Assembly (NCBI GenBank): GCA_000708835.1
Contig: DF237448.1
Coordinates: 3,990-67,989, forward strand
Source of the DNA: Klebsormidium nitens
Lineage: Eukaryota; Plantae; Klebsormidiophyceae
Length of the DNA: 64,000 nucleotides
Direction of reading: 5' to 3'
A program made the position numbers and the translations under genes. The notes under the pieces are model-generated. The model ran no database searches, had not been told where the DNA came from, and saw only the letters and a list, made by a program, of their open reading frames with translations. Each line of letters begins with the position of its first letter. Positions within the stretch are counted from its first letter, which is position 1. Positions 1 through 11,423 of this stretch are shown piece after piece.

Positions 1-654
1 AAGCGGGGGCCCTTCCCAGCGCTGCAGACGCTGAACCTTAAAAACAACTGCATAGGGTGGCGCGGCGCCATGGAGCTGACAACCGCCATAAACCGGGGCT
101 TTCTTCCGGCGCTGTGTTTGCTTGACCTCTGCGGGACTCAGATTGGGGTGCTTGGTGTCCACGCATTGGCGGGTGCTCTTGAGCGGGGGTCCCTCCCGGC
201 GCTGCAGTCGCTAGACCTACAGTGCAACAACATGTTGGCGCGGGGGGCAAAGGCACTGGCAGGCGCCCTGGAGCGGGGGCCCTTCCCGGCGCTCCGACAG
301 CTGCAGCTCGGTGGAAACGAGATTGGGGAGCAGGGCGCCCGAGCGCTGGCGGCCGCCCTGGAGCGGGGGTCCTTCCCGGTGCTGCAGTCACTATCCCTAC
401 GGGGCAACAAAATTGGGTTGCATGGGGCGCAGGCAATGGCCCGCGCCCTTAAGTGTGGGTCTGTCCCGGCGCTGCAAGAGCTAAATCTTTCGGAGAACGG
501 GATTGAGGAGCAGGGCGCCCGAGCACTGGTGGTCGCCTTGGGAACGGGGTCCTGCCCGGCTTTACAACGCCTTTTTCTTGGGGGCAACGGAATCAAGAAG
601 AAGGAGCATAAGGCGCTGAAGGCCGCCCTTCCCGCTGTTGCAATAGATATCTAG
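1..654 (+). CDS. RNI-like leucine-rich repeat protein, 3' part (5' end lies outside the window)
   Basis: The frame is open from base 1 (KRGPFPALQTLNL...) to TAG at 652-654. Seven 30-aa units start at 1, 91, 181, 271, 361, 451 and 541 (90-bp period), consensus ERGxFPALQxLxLxxNxIGxxGAxALAxAL. Confidence 0.9.
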   Translation, partial: KRGPFPALQTLNLKNNCIGWRGAMELTTAINRGFLPALCLLDLCGTQIGVLGVHALAGALERGSLPALQSLDLQCNNMLARGAKALAGALERGPFPALRQLQLGGNEIGEQGARALAAALERGSFPVLQSLSLRGNKIGLHGAQAMARALKCGSVPALQELNLSENGIEEQGARALVVALGTGSCPALQRLFLGGNGIKKKEHKALKAALPAVAIDI

Positions 655-1031
655 CGCAGCCATTGATTGGCAGGTTTGTACCCACAACTCCAATTGCTCC
701 TGGACTTGTTCTGGATGATATAATCTGGCATTTTGGGACTCTTGGATGATTAATCAACTACTTGACTCTCAATAAGCCGTTCAGGACTAAGCCTTGTACA
801 TCTAATTTGCACACAGAGCATGTTCGCAAGCTTGAAAAGTTCTTTCTTTTCATTGTTTTGGGGATCGTAGACACTTGTGCTGTGTTAAAGCAGATGAAGT
901 ACGTCGCTTTCGAAGTTTGCGGGTAGTGGCATGGCTAAATGCATTTTAGAGTCTGTCAACTCAGATTATCTTGATTTCCTTTCAGACGATCTCTCGTTCC
1001 AAATGTTCAGGAGACGAGCTTTGAGAATGTT

Positions 1032-2482
1032 TCAGATGGGCCCCGCAAAAATTAGTTGCTCTGTTTTCTCAAATCGGTAATCTGGCAGGGGTGACAGTCT
1101 CCGCCAAATGAAAGGCTGGTTTTAAATTGATCCGAAGACGTTCAGCAATGCTCAGACCTCCTCAGGGCAGCTTTTAGTTTTATCCCGAAAGTCAGAACTT
1201 GTTTTTTGAATCGTGTAAGGTGGTCTGGCAGCAACAATCGCATCTAACCGGGACTTTTTGGGAAACTAGATTGGCTCCCTGACATTGTGTAATGCGATTT
1301 AAGGGCCTGGTACCAGTCAAGAGGAACTTGACTTTTGACAGCGAAGTTGAGGGCCTTCTGGTCTTGCGCACCAAAGTGCGTTCCGTTTCAAACTTTCCGT
1401 AAGCACTCACTTCCAGTATCAGAGACGACCACTCGATACTGGAACCGCTTCATTTTGGATAAAGTTGTCAGATACATTTGAAGGACGTGTATTCTGTCTC
1501 GGCCTCCTGGGTTCGTGAAAGAGAAGGGCGAATTCGGGGACAGTCTTTATCCCGTCACTCAACAGTCTTGGTATCACTGGGGCAGATCCGGATTAGTCTC
1601 GCCAAAATTTCGAGTGAACTTCGGCCGGCGGGTTTCACCCCCTCAATCTGCTAAACAACGGCCGAGGCTTTGAAGCGAACGGATTAGCCCTCTTTGTTTC
1701 GTGACAACCCGGCTCGGTCACGTTTCGTGGTCAAGTCTCGCTCTTCGATTTGAAAGGATGCGTTTTTCTGAAGTACGTAAACAAGATCTGGCAGCGCTCT
1801 CGTTATCTCACGGCTGTGGATGCTATTGATCTTCTCTGACCGGAGAACTTTGGAGCAGCTTATCATAAACCATCGCCGGAAGTCGAAGGCCCACCTTCCT
1901 GGATGCTCGACATCACGGTAGACGCACTTTTAGTTGGGAGTTTGCAAAGCAGACCTGTACGGAAAGGAGAAGCTTCCACACTTGCTCTGTGCCCTGTGCA
2001 TAATCTATCGATTGGAACTCTGAGCAGGGCTTATATTTCTTCAACGGGCGAAGCGCGAAGGAGGTTTCACAACCATCACGAGCGAGTCCTCCACGCACCT
2101 ACCTTCGGATGCCGTCGAGGCAGGTCAAAAAAGAAAAGAAGGGATTGTTCTCCTCAGTTCTCTTGGTTTTCTGACACGCTAAGCTCGAAACGAAGTACGT
2201 CGAACTAGATCGAACCACCGGTCTTGTGCCACACTTACGGATCTCCCCTTCTCCTACAGGTGACTTAGTCGCTGGCTGACGAGGCGCCGGCGACGACGCC
2301 ACTTGCCCGGTGGAGGCGACGTCAGACTTTCCGGGTTGATTTATGTAAGTGATTGATACCAAAGTATATATCCGTGGTCGAAGCTCGAAGCTTGTTGGAC
2401 GCAGCCTTCGGACCTCTTGACCTCCACGCTTCAGGTGCACGAGAACCTTCCGCCCCACCGCCAGTGATAATACGGAGAACAC
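1032..2482 (-). CDS. Possible spliced gene of unknown function (model ambiguous)
   Basis: Phase-1-compatible pieces with good splice sites: ...PATKSPVGEGEI|GTAAGT (~2238); ccgtacag|(R)LLCKLPTKSASTVMSSIQE|GTGGGC; gaacccag|GRDRIHVLQMYLTTLSKMKRFQYRVVVSDTG|GTGAGT; possible last exon ending in TGA at 1032. No start codon or family identified, and alternative joins exist. Confidence 0.2.
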
Positions 2483-3754
2483 TAATAGAAAGTCAGAGAT
2501 TGATCACGCCCTGTTTGAGGTACCATAATTGCTGTCATACTCTACCGTTTTAGTCACACGAGTCCGTTGATCAGTCTTTGGCAATGCATGCAACTTTTCC
2601 AATAGGTCAAAGTGCGGCGTCTAAGTTCACCCGGTCGGGCACAATGTTACGGTGACAGTAGGTTAAAAACCGCATGAAGTCCGACCGGCAGTGCAATTTA
2701 TGATCGCACTGACCGCGTAGCATACTAAACACGATTGCATGTGATACGACAAATATGCCGCAGCATGGCACGTGGGGGTCATTACTGTGCAATAATCGCA
2801 ATCGATGACCCGGCACCAAGTTTCGAGTCGCCGGGCACGGCCGCGCACTCGCATGCGCATCGAAGTAAAGCCTGAGGACTTCAATGCAACTTGGTGAGGG
2901 TCGACGCATTTTCGGATCCTCGTCGAATTGATATAGGTCAATGTATCCGATTCTACAGTCGTATACTACAAACAAGCTACAATCACTGCAGTCGCTGCAG
3001 TCTGAAACTATATTGAAGGATCATGCGTAATGTACTCAGCTCGATGATGCATGATTGCGATCGAATCTGGATTGCACTAGCTGCGGCAATGATGACGTAC
3101 AATAAAACTTCAGAGTGCAATTTCTAGTATAATATTTTTGATCTTGGTGCGCAAACATGTGTCCCATGCTCAATTCACAGCTAGCATGCACTGCAGCCTG
3201 CCAGTCCAACATGTTCAACGGTTGTCACCTTGGGCCTGGCGGCTGGCTCAACTTGCCGCATTGCTAGCGTTTTAATATAGTGCTCCGCTGAAATCAAGCT
3301 AGTTGAAGTTTCTCCGTCGAACTTCCCTGCCAGCAACTTGACACTAGACTTGGAAGCAAAGCTGGCTTTTGGCGGTTGTCCTTGCTATGTATATCTGCTA
3401 GCAGAGTCATGTATATGAATTACACCAACCAATATCAATCTGTCACTTTCTACTCACGGATTCAGACCAAATGACAGACCCGTTCGTTGCTCAACCCTTG
3501 GGCAATCTACGTCAATCAGAGGGTCAGGCGCAGTAGCAGAGCGTTGCTCGTCTTAGTTGGCAGACATCTTATCAGTTGAACTAAAGACACTAGGCGCGCA
3601 CAGCATCGTATTTACGGAGGCCCGCTTTTCCTTCACAATCAAGTCGTCAAATGTTGTAAAAGGTGATTGCCTTGTGACTTCCCTTTCGATTGGTAATCCG
3701 CAACAAGACTCTTTCCGTCATGACCGCAAGATTCCACGAACACTTTCCGCATCT

Positions 3755-6700
3755 TTAACGTACTGCTGCCGCTAAGCCGGACTCGTGCGTAAACGGCGAT
3801 CCTTCCGGTGGTACTAATCCTAGGTGCCGCATCACGCGCAGCTGCCGGGCCCGGCGTTCGGCTTTCGGCTTGTCCTCCACCGCATGTGCCTTGCCTTTCC
3901 GTTTCCGCTCCTTTGCCGCCATTGCCTCAGGCGGCGACGCCTGCGATGAGGAGCAACGGTCAAGAACCTAACTTGATGCAGTGGCCATCATTACAAACAC
4001 GTGGGATACTCATTCCGCCGTGTTGGGGACTCTCCTGCGCTGCTCGCCCTTTTCTTCTCTTGCGTTGTCAGCCCCGATTGCAAACGAAAGGAATAGCTGA
4101 TTCTCGAAGCCAATCCGTCTTGGCGAACCTCCCTTTCTCGGAACTACGGAGCATTGTGCCGAGTCAGACAACTGAGAAGTAGCAATCAGTACGATTACAC
4201 TGAGAAGCTACGCATCATGCGAGAGAGATTCATGTCTTGCTCTTGCCCTCAGCAAGATAAGGAACAAAAAAACGGATGCATTGGAGCTCCAGCGGTAAAA
4301 TATGATTCACCAAGAATGGTACTTTCTCTGAACATGAGTCCCCTGATCGAGACCCGTCCAAATCCAACAACGTCAACAGTCCTACCAACGTTGTTGCACG
4401 CCCAAGCACATGCAAAAAACCTACGTCAACAAATGCGGAGCCAGCTTCGTACAGACCATTCCAAAGGCCAACTGTAGAGATAGTGCCGCCAAGACTGCGA
4501 CTGACAGACGTTTGCCTGACCGCTAGCTTCTTAACCAATAAGTTGACCGGTATGGCCGCTCTAACTTAGATTCCGTCCGCGGAGGGAGGCTGGCGAAGCG
4601 AATGTCCCCACCTCTTCTACGTGACCGTTTGCCTCTGGCGGCTCCTCTATATGCATCTCCTCCTCTGCTTCCGGCTCCTCAAACGGGGCAGTCCAGGCCT
4701 CCGGTAGAGCTCCGGTCTTCCGGCACTCCTCAGCCTGTGGAAGAACGATAGCCGACTGAGAGATTCAAGCACGGGGGATTTCCTCCGTGGGAGCTCTCTC
4801 TAAGTGTCTAGTAAGGGCAATTTTCCAGAAATGAGTGCGTCTATTAGTCAGCGACGAGTGCGTCTGCAGAAAGAGGGCGTTACGACTTATTGTGTATGGC
4901 ACGATAATCCGTCATATCTCTCTCTGATGAACGTTTCGGACGACCAAAACCGCGTTTGCTGAGATGCATGTACGCATGTACTCTGAAAGAGACTCTCCAT
5001 CCAGAGGTTGGCGGTCTGCTATCGCTCTCCGTCATAGGACGGCACGTGGCAGCAATACGGTATCCCACGAGATGTCGCAGGCAGGCTTAGCCCATTTGAC
5101 GACTCCGCGCCTCAAGACTAGTTAACAAGCTGTGCTTGATTGGCAGCTCAGACTCTCAGCAAGAAGTCTTGGTTTCGGGGTACGCAGTTCCCGTCCTTCG
5201 GACCGTGTTCTGGTGGATAGAAGCAGGCAATAATTGCGGGCCCGATTGATGCAACCGGTAGGTACCAGAGACCCCCGATGAAAGAGCTCCACAGGTTCGT
5301 TTACTCAGGACGTACATCCGTGCAAGAAGACTGAAGACTCTGCAGAGAATGACCACAAAAGGAGGACAGACAACTTCCTGCAAAAAAGGAAGACACAACA
5401 AGCGGGTATAATGAGTGGAAGAAGCGGCGGAAGAGTAAGAAAGACATAGTATGCTTCCCAAGGAATAGGAGAAAGTTTGATTTCAACTAAATGCGTGCGC
5501 ACCTCCTCTAGGGCTTTACATAACGGCTTCTCCTTGGTGAGCATTGAAAAGGACAGAAACCTGTTTCATGGGGGCAACGGGGTAATGACGAAGGAACGAA
5601 AGGAAGCGAGTAGCCGGAATAGTGACCCACCTCTTCGAGCGCCTTGAGGAACTGTTTCTTTTTGGTGAGCTTCTGTCGGTCCTTGAACTTGTGATCCAGA
5701 TCCGACACGTTCGTTCGCCGGTCCACCCACCCGCTGCAAAACCCACACGTGCACCGTCAGCCTGACATCAGCTTGCTTCTCGGGCTTTACGCACCCGCAG
5801 CGAAAACACCTGCTGATCACAAGCGCCACGTCAGCTTCATTTAGTCAGGCGCTCTCTGGGAGAGGGAGAGACCGTAAGTGGTGTTCGCTATTCCACGTTT
5901 CAAAAAAGGAATGTCTCGACAAAAAGGGAGAAGACGAGTCTTCCTGGCAGAAAACGAGGAAGGGTTTCGAGTGGCGATTGTGCAGCTAGCCTTTCAAACG
6001 CGTCACGCCGAGTGTCAAACTTCTATTAGTCCACGCACTTGGATATAACAATATTGACTACTCGGAAGAAAACCACAGTCTGTGAAGACGAGAGGCCCAT
6101 GCTTTTTCGGACGAGTCTACGCTTCCGAAGTTATATCCCGGTTTCTGGTCCTACCCCCTTTTGGGTGGGTCGGTCGGTCGGGAAAAAATGATATATATAT
6201 TACAGTCAAATTATGCTAATAAGGCGGAAAAACCCAAAAGTTCTGGGGCAAAAGCCAGAAAGTTCTCCCGATTTTCAGGTATCCGTATAAAACTTGGTCT
6301 CAAAATCGAAGGGTCGAAGAACAAAAGTGGACAATATTTATTATTGTTTTCCAAAATCCAAAGGAATTTGGGTCGGTTGGGGACCGGAAACCGGGATTTA
6401 ACTTCGAACGGCCTGTACAGGGGAGATTCTCTTTGGCAGATCTGGACCCCGTTTTGAGTACAGATCGATGATGCCATTCTCCGGCTATTGAACCTGGCAT
6501 CTGGCGGTTTCGGTTGACTGCTATAAGACGTAATAGTTAATCAGTCCCTAGCATTCAAAACCCTGGAGGATTACAAAAATCCACATTTTGTAGAATAAGA
6601 TGAGAAGCGCCTTACTAGTCGTAGGTCCCGAAGAAGCGGGCGAGCACCTCGTTGTCTGACTTCCGGCCTTCCGTAAACCGCGCGTGCACGCTGCTAGGAT

Positions 6701-9700
6701 CGACGATCTGCGCAAAGGGAGGGCCACGTGTCATGACGTGCACGTTTTACGGACCCTTTTATTTAAGGCCCCAGTCAGCCTTTTTAAAGAAGAAACTGCA
6801 CTGCGAAGGCCGCCAAGAGTCGATTCAAGCTCGCCCATTGTGAATTGTATTCGGTTAACGCTATCCAGGGGAGTTTCCTTTTGAACATGGGTTGGTAGCT
6901 GGCTGTAATTGAACTAGTCTGCACGTTGGTAGCTGGACGCTAGTCTGATTTGGATTGGAGCCCCTGCGTAAGTTCAAAGCAAATCGTGGCTCAAACCACC
7001 TGCAGTACTGGCTGTGCTAAACGGCGATTCTTTTGCAACTATTTGAGCAGCTGCAAATATAACCGAGCGCAGGTTAAGGAGGAGGGTCAAGGTTAAGATG
7101 AAAGGGCAAATGCAGTCACTTAGGGTCTTTACACACTGGGCGGGTGTTCTTTTTCGCAATTCGCCGAGAACTCAAGGTGTTGTTTTGCCCAAACTCCCCG
7201 CGCGAATTCGGGGGGTAACTTCCGCACGCAAAAGTAGTCCCGTGCGACGGTCCGAAAAAGTTTACTTTCGCTACCCGGCTTTTTTTGGGATAGCACTTTG
7301 GAACACCGCGGTGTTTTTGCTGACGTATGATCGTACGAGTCGGCGAATTGGCAAAAACACCCGCGGTGTTTTCCTTGCGACGGTACCGCCGCAACCCCTG
7401 CTGTACCGTCGCTCGAAACGAAAAACACCCGCTCTGTGTGTAAAGGCCCTTAACCAGGGTTGCGGTCAACTTCCATTTCAGAGGTTTAGAGACAGAACCG
7501 TGATATAACCTCCGCGGGCTACTAGCGGAATGATACCAACTTGGAACCAAACCGCCTGTATTGAACTCGGGCTCTCGTTTCATCGAACCTAAAAATCTGG
7601 GCTTGGTGAAAGTCGTTCAATTGGTCAACTAGAAATTCCCTGCTTGAAACCAAGGGTAAAAGATAAGGGTCTCAAAGACTAGATTGGAATGTTCACCTGT
7701 GCCGGCCACCAAGGGTAAGTGCTGAGCTTCGTTCACACCACCTGGTTTTTGCAGAGCGCGTCTCCTCTTTCAGTCACCCCAAAATTGGCCCTTCAAAACA
7801 GAGTTGACCGAAGGTGCTACTCATTTTGCTGGTCAATTATGGACTCCCAGTCCGAGAACTAGAATGGGATGTTTACCTGCGCGGGCCACCAGGGGTATGT
7901 GCTGAGCTTCGCCCACACCACCTGATTTGCCAGCTCCTCGGCAGAGCGCGTCTCCTCTTCCTTGTGTTCCAAAGCTGCCTGACGGGCGGCCTTGCGCTGG
8001 GCTTTCACAGCTTCTTCATTCTCCGCCCGCTTCCTGAAAAAGCAGATTGGCTTGTCAACCTCTTGCAAACACAATTGAAAAAGCATCTTACAATCCAGAT
8101 CGTCTCGATTCTGGAAGAAAGAGAAAGTCTGCTTCCAGTAATCCTCCTTGTGCACTGATGCCGCCCGACGAGCGGCCTTGCGCTGTGCCTTCACAGCTTC
8201 TTCATTCTCTGCCCGCTTCCTGAAAAAGCAGATGGGCTTGTCAACCTCTTGCAAACGCTATTGAAGAAAGCTTTCTCCAATCCAGATGGCCTCGATTCTG
8301 GAAGAAAGAGAAAGTCTGTTTCCAATCATTTTCCTTGTGTTCCAGGGCTACCTGACAGGCCGCCTTGCGCTGTGCCTTCACAGCTTCTTCGTTCTCTGCC
8401 CGCTTCCTGGAAAAGAAATTGGCTTTTCAACCTCTCGCAAACACTGTTGAAGAAAGCATTCTCCAATACAGATGGCCTCGATTCTGGAAGAAAGAAAAAG
8501 TCTGTTTCTGATAGTCCTGCTTGTGTTCCAGGGCCGCCGGACGGGCCGCCTTGTGCTGGCTTCCTATGAAGAGCAACGTGACGACCTAGACTGAACCACT
8601 CAGAAAACGATTATGGAATTCACATAAGTTTGAGTCTTCAAAGAGAAGTTACATTTCCAAGCGGCCAGCTTCGTGGTTTTCCAGGGCGGCCTGACGGGCC
8701 ACCTTGCGCTGTGCCCTCCCAGCCGCGCTTCACTACTCTCCATGCAATCCCTCAAAACGCGGAAAAGTCTGAACAACTAAAAGAAACACAGATCTAGATC
8801 TTCAGGGTTACAACCGCAACAACAAAAATGTGACCTTTAGAGGGCTAAGTAAAAGTCGCCCACCTTCTTTCCTCCTCTTTCACAGCCTCCTGCTCTTTCT
8901 TCGCCAATTGCCGCGCCGACAAATTCAGGAGCGCGTTCGAGGGCGACACCTCTCGCGCAATCCGGGGGGTCCTTGGAGTGCCTGGCAAACGACCCCCCGC
9001 AGTGAGGCCTTCCGTGTTTGTCTTCAGAAGCTTGGGGTTCTTGAACTTGGGCTTCTTTGTCGGGGGCTCCTCAGATTGGGGTGCCTCCCTAGGGGGGGCT
9101 TGGGGGGCCGCCTCTACGATTATAACTTCTGCAGGAATAATCAAATAGCCTGAGATGGCATAACTGCGTGCTTGTCTCATGGGCGTGAGTAATCTGAAAA
9201 CCATTTGTTGCTGCGGGTGGTGGTGGGTTCCAGCCGAGTGCCCTCTCTCTTTTTTCTAAGGGGATCCGGTTAGAAAAGGGCGGCGGAAAGCAGCCCCGAT
9301 GGGCCATTTGAATTTGGCCGCTCTGTGATTCTCTACAGAGGTGCGCTGGAGTGGAGAGAGAAAAATGAAAGAAAAAGAAAAAGCTGCCTCTAAAAGGAGA
9401 ACTGCAGGGCTTTGGGGCAGCTCAGAACGACAAAGTCCCATATTGAGCCACCAGTCTGCTTTTCCTGAATTGTGAGAATTACAAGAGCGCATAAGAAGAG
9501 CAGACCGGTTGCATTGCCATGCGAAAATGTAGCTTCCTAAACATGGCAATTGGACCACAATAGGTCCTCGCTGAGATACCGTCCTTAAGAATCTGCCCGC
9601 ACAATCTTAGATGGGTCCAGACATATCCCCAGAAGTACATTGTGAGCATTTTGAAGTTTCGTGTGTTCTCGCTGCAATTATCACAGTCACCTTCTCACCT

Positions 9701-9723
9701 GCGTCTGCACCCTTCTCCTCCAT
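3755..9723 (-). CDS. PWWP-domain chromatin reader, 8 coding exons, ~334 aa
   Basis: Exons 9723-9699, 9255-9202, 9128-8864, 8033-7877, 6707-6616, 5733-5631, 4734-4612 and 3940-3755 join in phase (1005 nt). PWWP core: VVWAKLSTYPWWPAQ|IVDP...VLARFFGTYDYGWV...KQFLKALEE|AEE. C-terminus RQLRVMRHLGLVPPEGSPF. The two 5' micro-exons are less certain. Confidence 0.85.
5490..5545 (-). repeat. Intronic echo of PWWP exon 6 3' end plus donor
   Basis: Minus strand CTCACCAAGGAGAAGCCGTTATGTAAAGCCCTAGAGGAG|GTGCGC resembles the real ...CTCACCAAAAAGAAACAGTTCCTCAAGGCGCTCGAAGAG|GTGGGT. The donors are 128 bp apart. Confidence 0.7.
6126..6406. mobile_element. MITE-like element with ~26-bp terminal inverted repeats, in a PWWP intron
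   Basis: CGAAGTTATATCCCGGTTTCTGGTCC (6126-6151) versus the reverse complement of 6381-6406, CGAAGTTAAATCCCGGTTTCCGGTCC (24/26 identical). AT-rich noncoding interior. No TSD identified, so the superfamily is unassigned. Confidence 0.6.
7123..7449. mobile_element. PIF/Harbinger (Tourist-like) MITE, 327 bp
   Basis: TIRs GGGTCTTTACACACTGGGCGGGTGTT and reverse complement GGGCCTTTACACACAGAGCGGGTGTT, flanked on both sides by TTA (7120-7122 and 7450-7452). A TTA/TAA 3-bp TSD is characteristic of PIF/Harbinger. Confidence 0.8.
7690..7790 (-). repeat. Echo of the PWWP-motif exon 3' end plus donor, with a nonsense change
   Basis: Minus strand CAGGTGGTGTGAACGAAGCTCAGCACTTACCCTTGGTGGCCGGCACAG|GTGAAC reads QVV*TKLSTYPWWPAQ, versus the real QVVWAKLSTYPWWPAQ|GTAAAC 180 bp away. 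Confidence 0.85.
7985..8725 (-). repeat. ~186-bp tandem array of acceptor plus exon 5' end (PWWP exon 4)
   Basis: The anchor GCCTTG(C/T)GCT recurs at 7989, 8175, 8362, 8548 and ~8701. Two echoes keep ...CAG|GAAGCGGGCAG. Confidence 0.9.
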
Positions 9724-11423
9724 TGCAAGTCTTTTCTCACGCTCCCGTTAGAAACTAATCAATCAGCCCCTTCTCTACAGAGCGAGCTCCTGCAGCAGCT
9801 GCTGAAAATGCAGTGAGAGCGGCAGCGTGCCCACATTTACAAATACCTGATTCTGATATAATGTGCTGATTTTGTTTCATTCATTGTGGGGGCGGCTGCC
9901 CGGCCGCGACGGTGCACTGAGACTCCGGCCGCGACACGCGGCTGTCGACGCTCAGTGCGCGGCCGGCCTTTCCATTCGCTTGCAGAATCCTGAGAAACTG
10001 AATGCTGATTTCAGGGGCAGAGTGTGGCTTCTTGCGTCAGCATAATGAAGCTCATCAGCACGCTTCTGAACAACTCATCTCTCACTCAGCTGAGGCGGCT
10101 CCAAGATATCAGAGGCTTTGTTCTGAATCAAATTCCAAGCTGAGTCGCCATGGCTAAGCAAGCGCCACGTGTCCCGCGTGCCTGCTGATTGGACGAGAGT
10201 TGCGTAGCTTCCCTCGAGCTTCCACTCCGACTCTGCCGGTGCCAGTAGACTCATGGGACTGCCCAAGAGACTGTTCAACTATACCTTTGCTACTTGGTTC
10301 TTGATCATCAGGCTCTGGACTTATATTCCACGTTCAAAAGCACAACAGAACCGAAAGTCTCCCGCTCACCTTCGTTTCTCTAAAGCGACACCTCAGAATT
10401 TCGTTGAGATAGCAGGAGGAGCTGAACGCCTTTCAGCTCCTGCTCCCCAAAGCTAGCTCTCTTCTGAACAAGCAAACGTTCTTTTCGAGACCTTTGAAGA
10501 AAGTCTACTTCTGAGGACGCTGGCGGCTGCCTCGAGAGCGCGAAGTGGAGTCATCTTGCTTTTCCCTACTGAAGCGACGGACGTTGCTGAAGGGAGAGCT
10601 GGTTTTCACAGGAGTCTGCCCTCTCTGCCTGCCCCCACCTTTAAGGAGGTGCAAATTATGTGGCCAAGCTGAAGCGGAAGACGATTTGAGGTCCCAGAGT
10701 TGATGAAAGGTGAGAAGCTCTGTCTGACCTTCGGAGACGCTGACACGCAAGCTGTACCCAACTTCGTCGTTGCATCAAGAAGTGTCAGAAATGTAACAGT
10801 TGCGTTCAATTTTGCTTTTTTGGGTCCCGATCACGGAGCTTCAGTAAAGTCGTTTTCCGAACTCTTAGCTGCTGTAGATTCTGATCTCGCAACACGGAAG
10901 GGCAGGAACGTTGGAAACTCTTTTGCACGACGTGTCCATAACATACTCTTTAAGAGGATTCTGGCTTTGAACAAGAGCCCATTTTGAACTTCGCTCAAGG
11001 ATTCCGGCCCGTCAAGAGCTTTGAACAAAGGACTCTCGGCCCTTCGAGAAGTTTAAACAAATCTGTCCTGGCAGAATGGTTTGCAATCCCTATACCGTAC
11101 GTCCTTGAACTGCCCGGCAGGTCTTCAAACGCCTTCGGGGATTGAAAGAATCTCAAGAAGACAAAGGAAACAAAACCAGTCGTGATTAATCTCGGACTTT
11201 AAATTGGTCAGAAGTAATCTTTGGGTACTTTCATATGTGAAGCTTTTCTCTGAGGGGCAACTTCAATCATTCCTGAACAAACTTTTCATTTTCGCTCAAA
11301 AGGCTAAGGACCTCCTTTTCGTCAACGCAGGTCATCTAAAAGACCTTTCAAACGAAGTCGTCGCCGCTTCTCAAAGCTATGGCAACGGCAATCCAACTGC
11401 AAACGTCTGAGCGGACCGCAGAC

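Noticed and set aside
138-596. Long antisense and alternate-frame ORFs over GC-rich exons (also 11438-11908, 12113-12640, 30456-31052, 47672-48763, 48151-48939, 57460-57826)
   Set aside because: These are shadow ORFs of GC-rich coding sequence, with no motifs or independent splice signals.
2607-2975. Minus ORF with CGIFVV...DFMRF, reminiscent of an Ulp1/C48 protease tail
   Set aside because: No His-Trp/Asp catalytic motif upstream, a stop 15 codons before it, and it lies in a decayed patch.
9760-11340. Short minus-strand ORFs upstream of the PWWP start
   Set aside because: An in-frame stop precedes ATG 9723 and the pieces do not join convincingly; treated as 5' UTR, intron or promoter.
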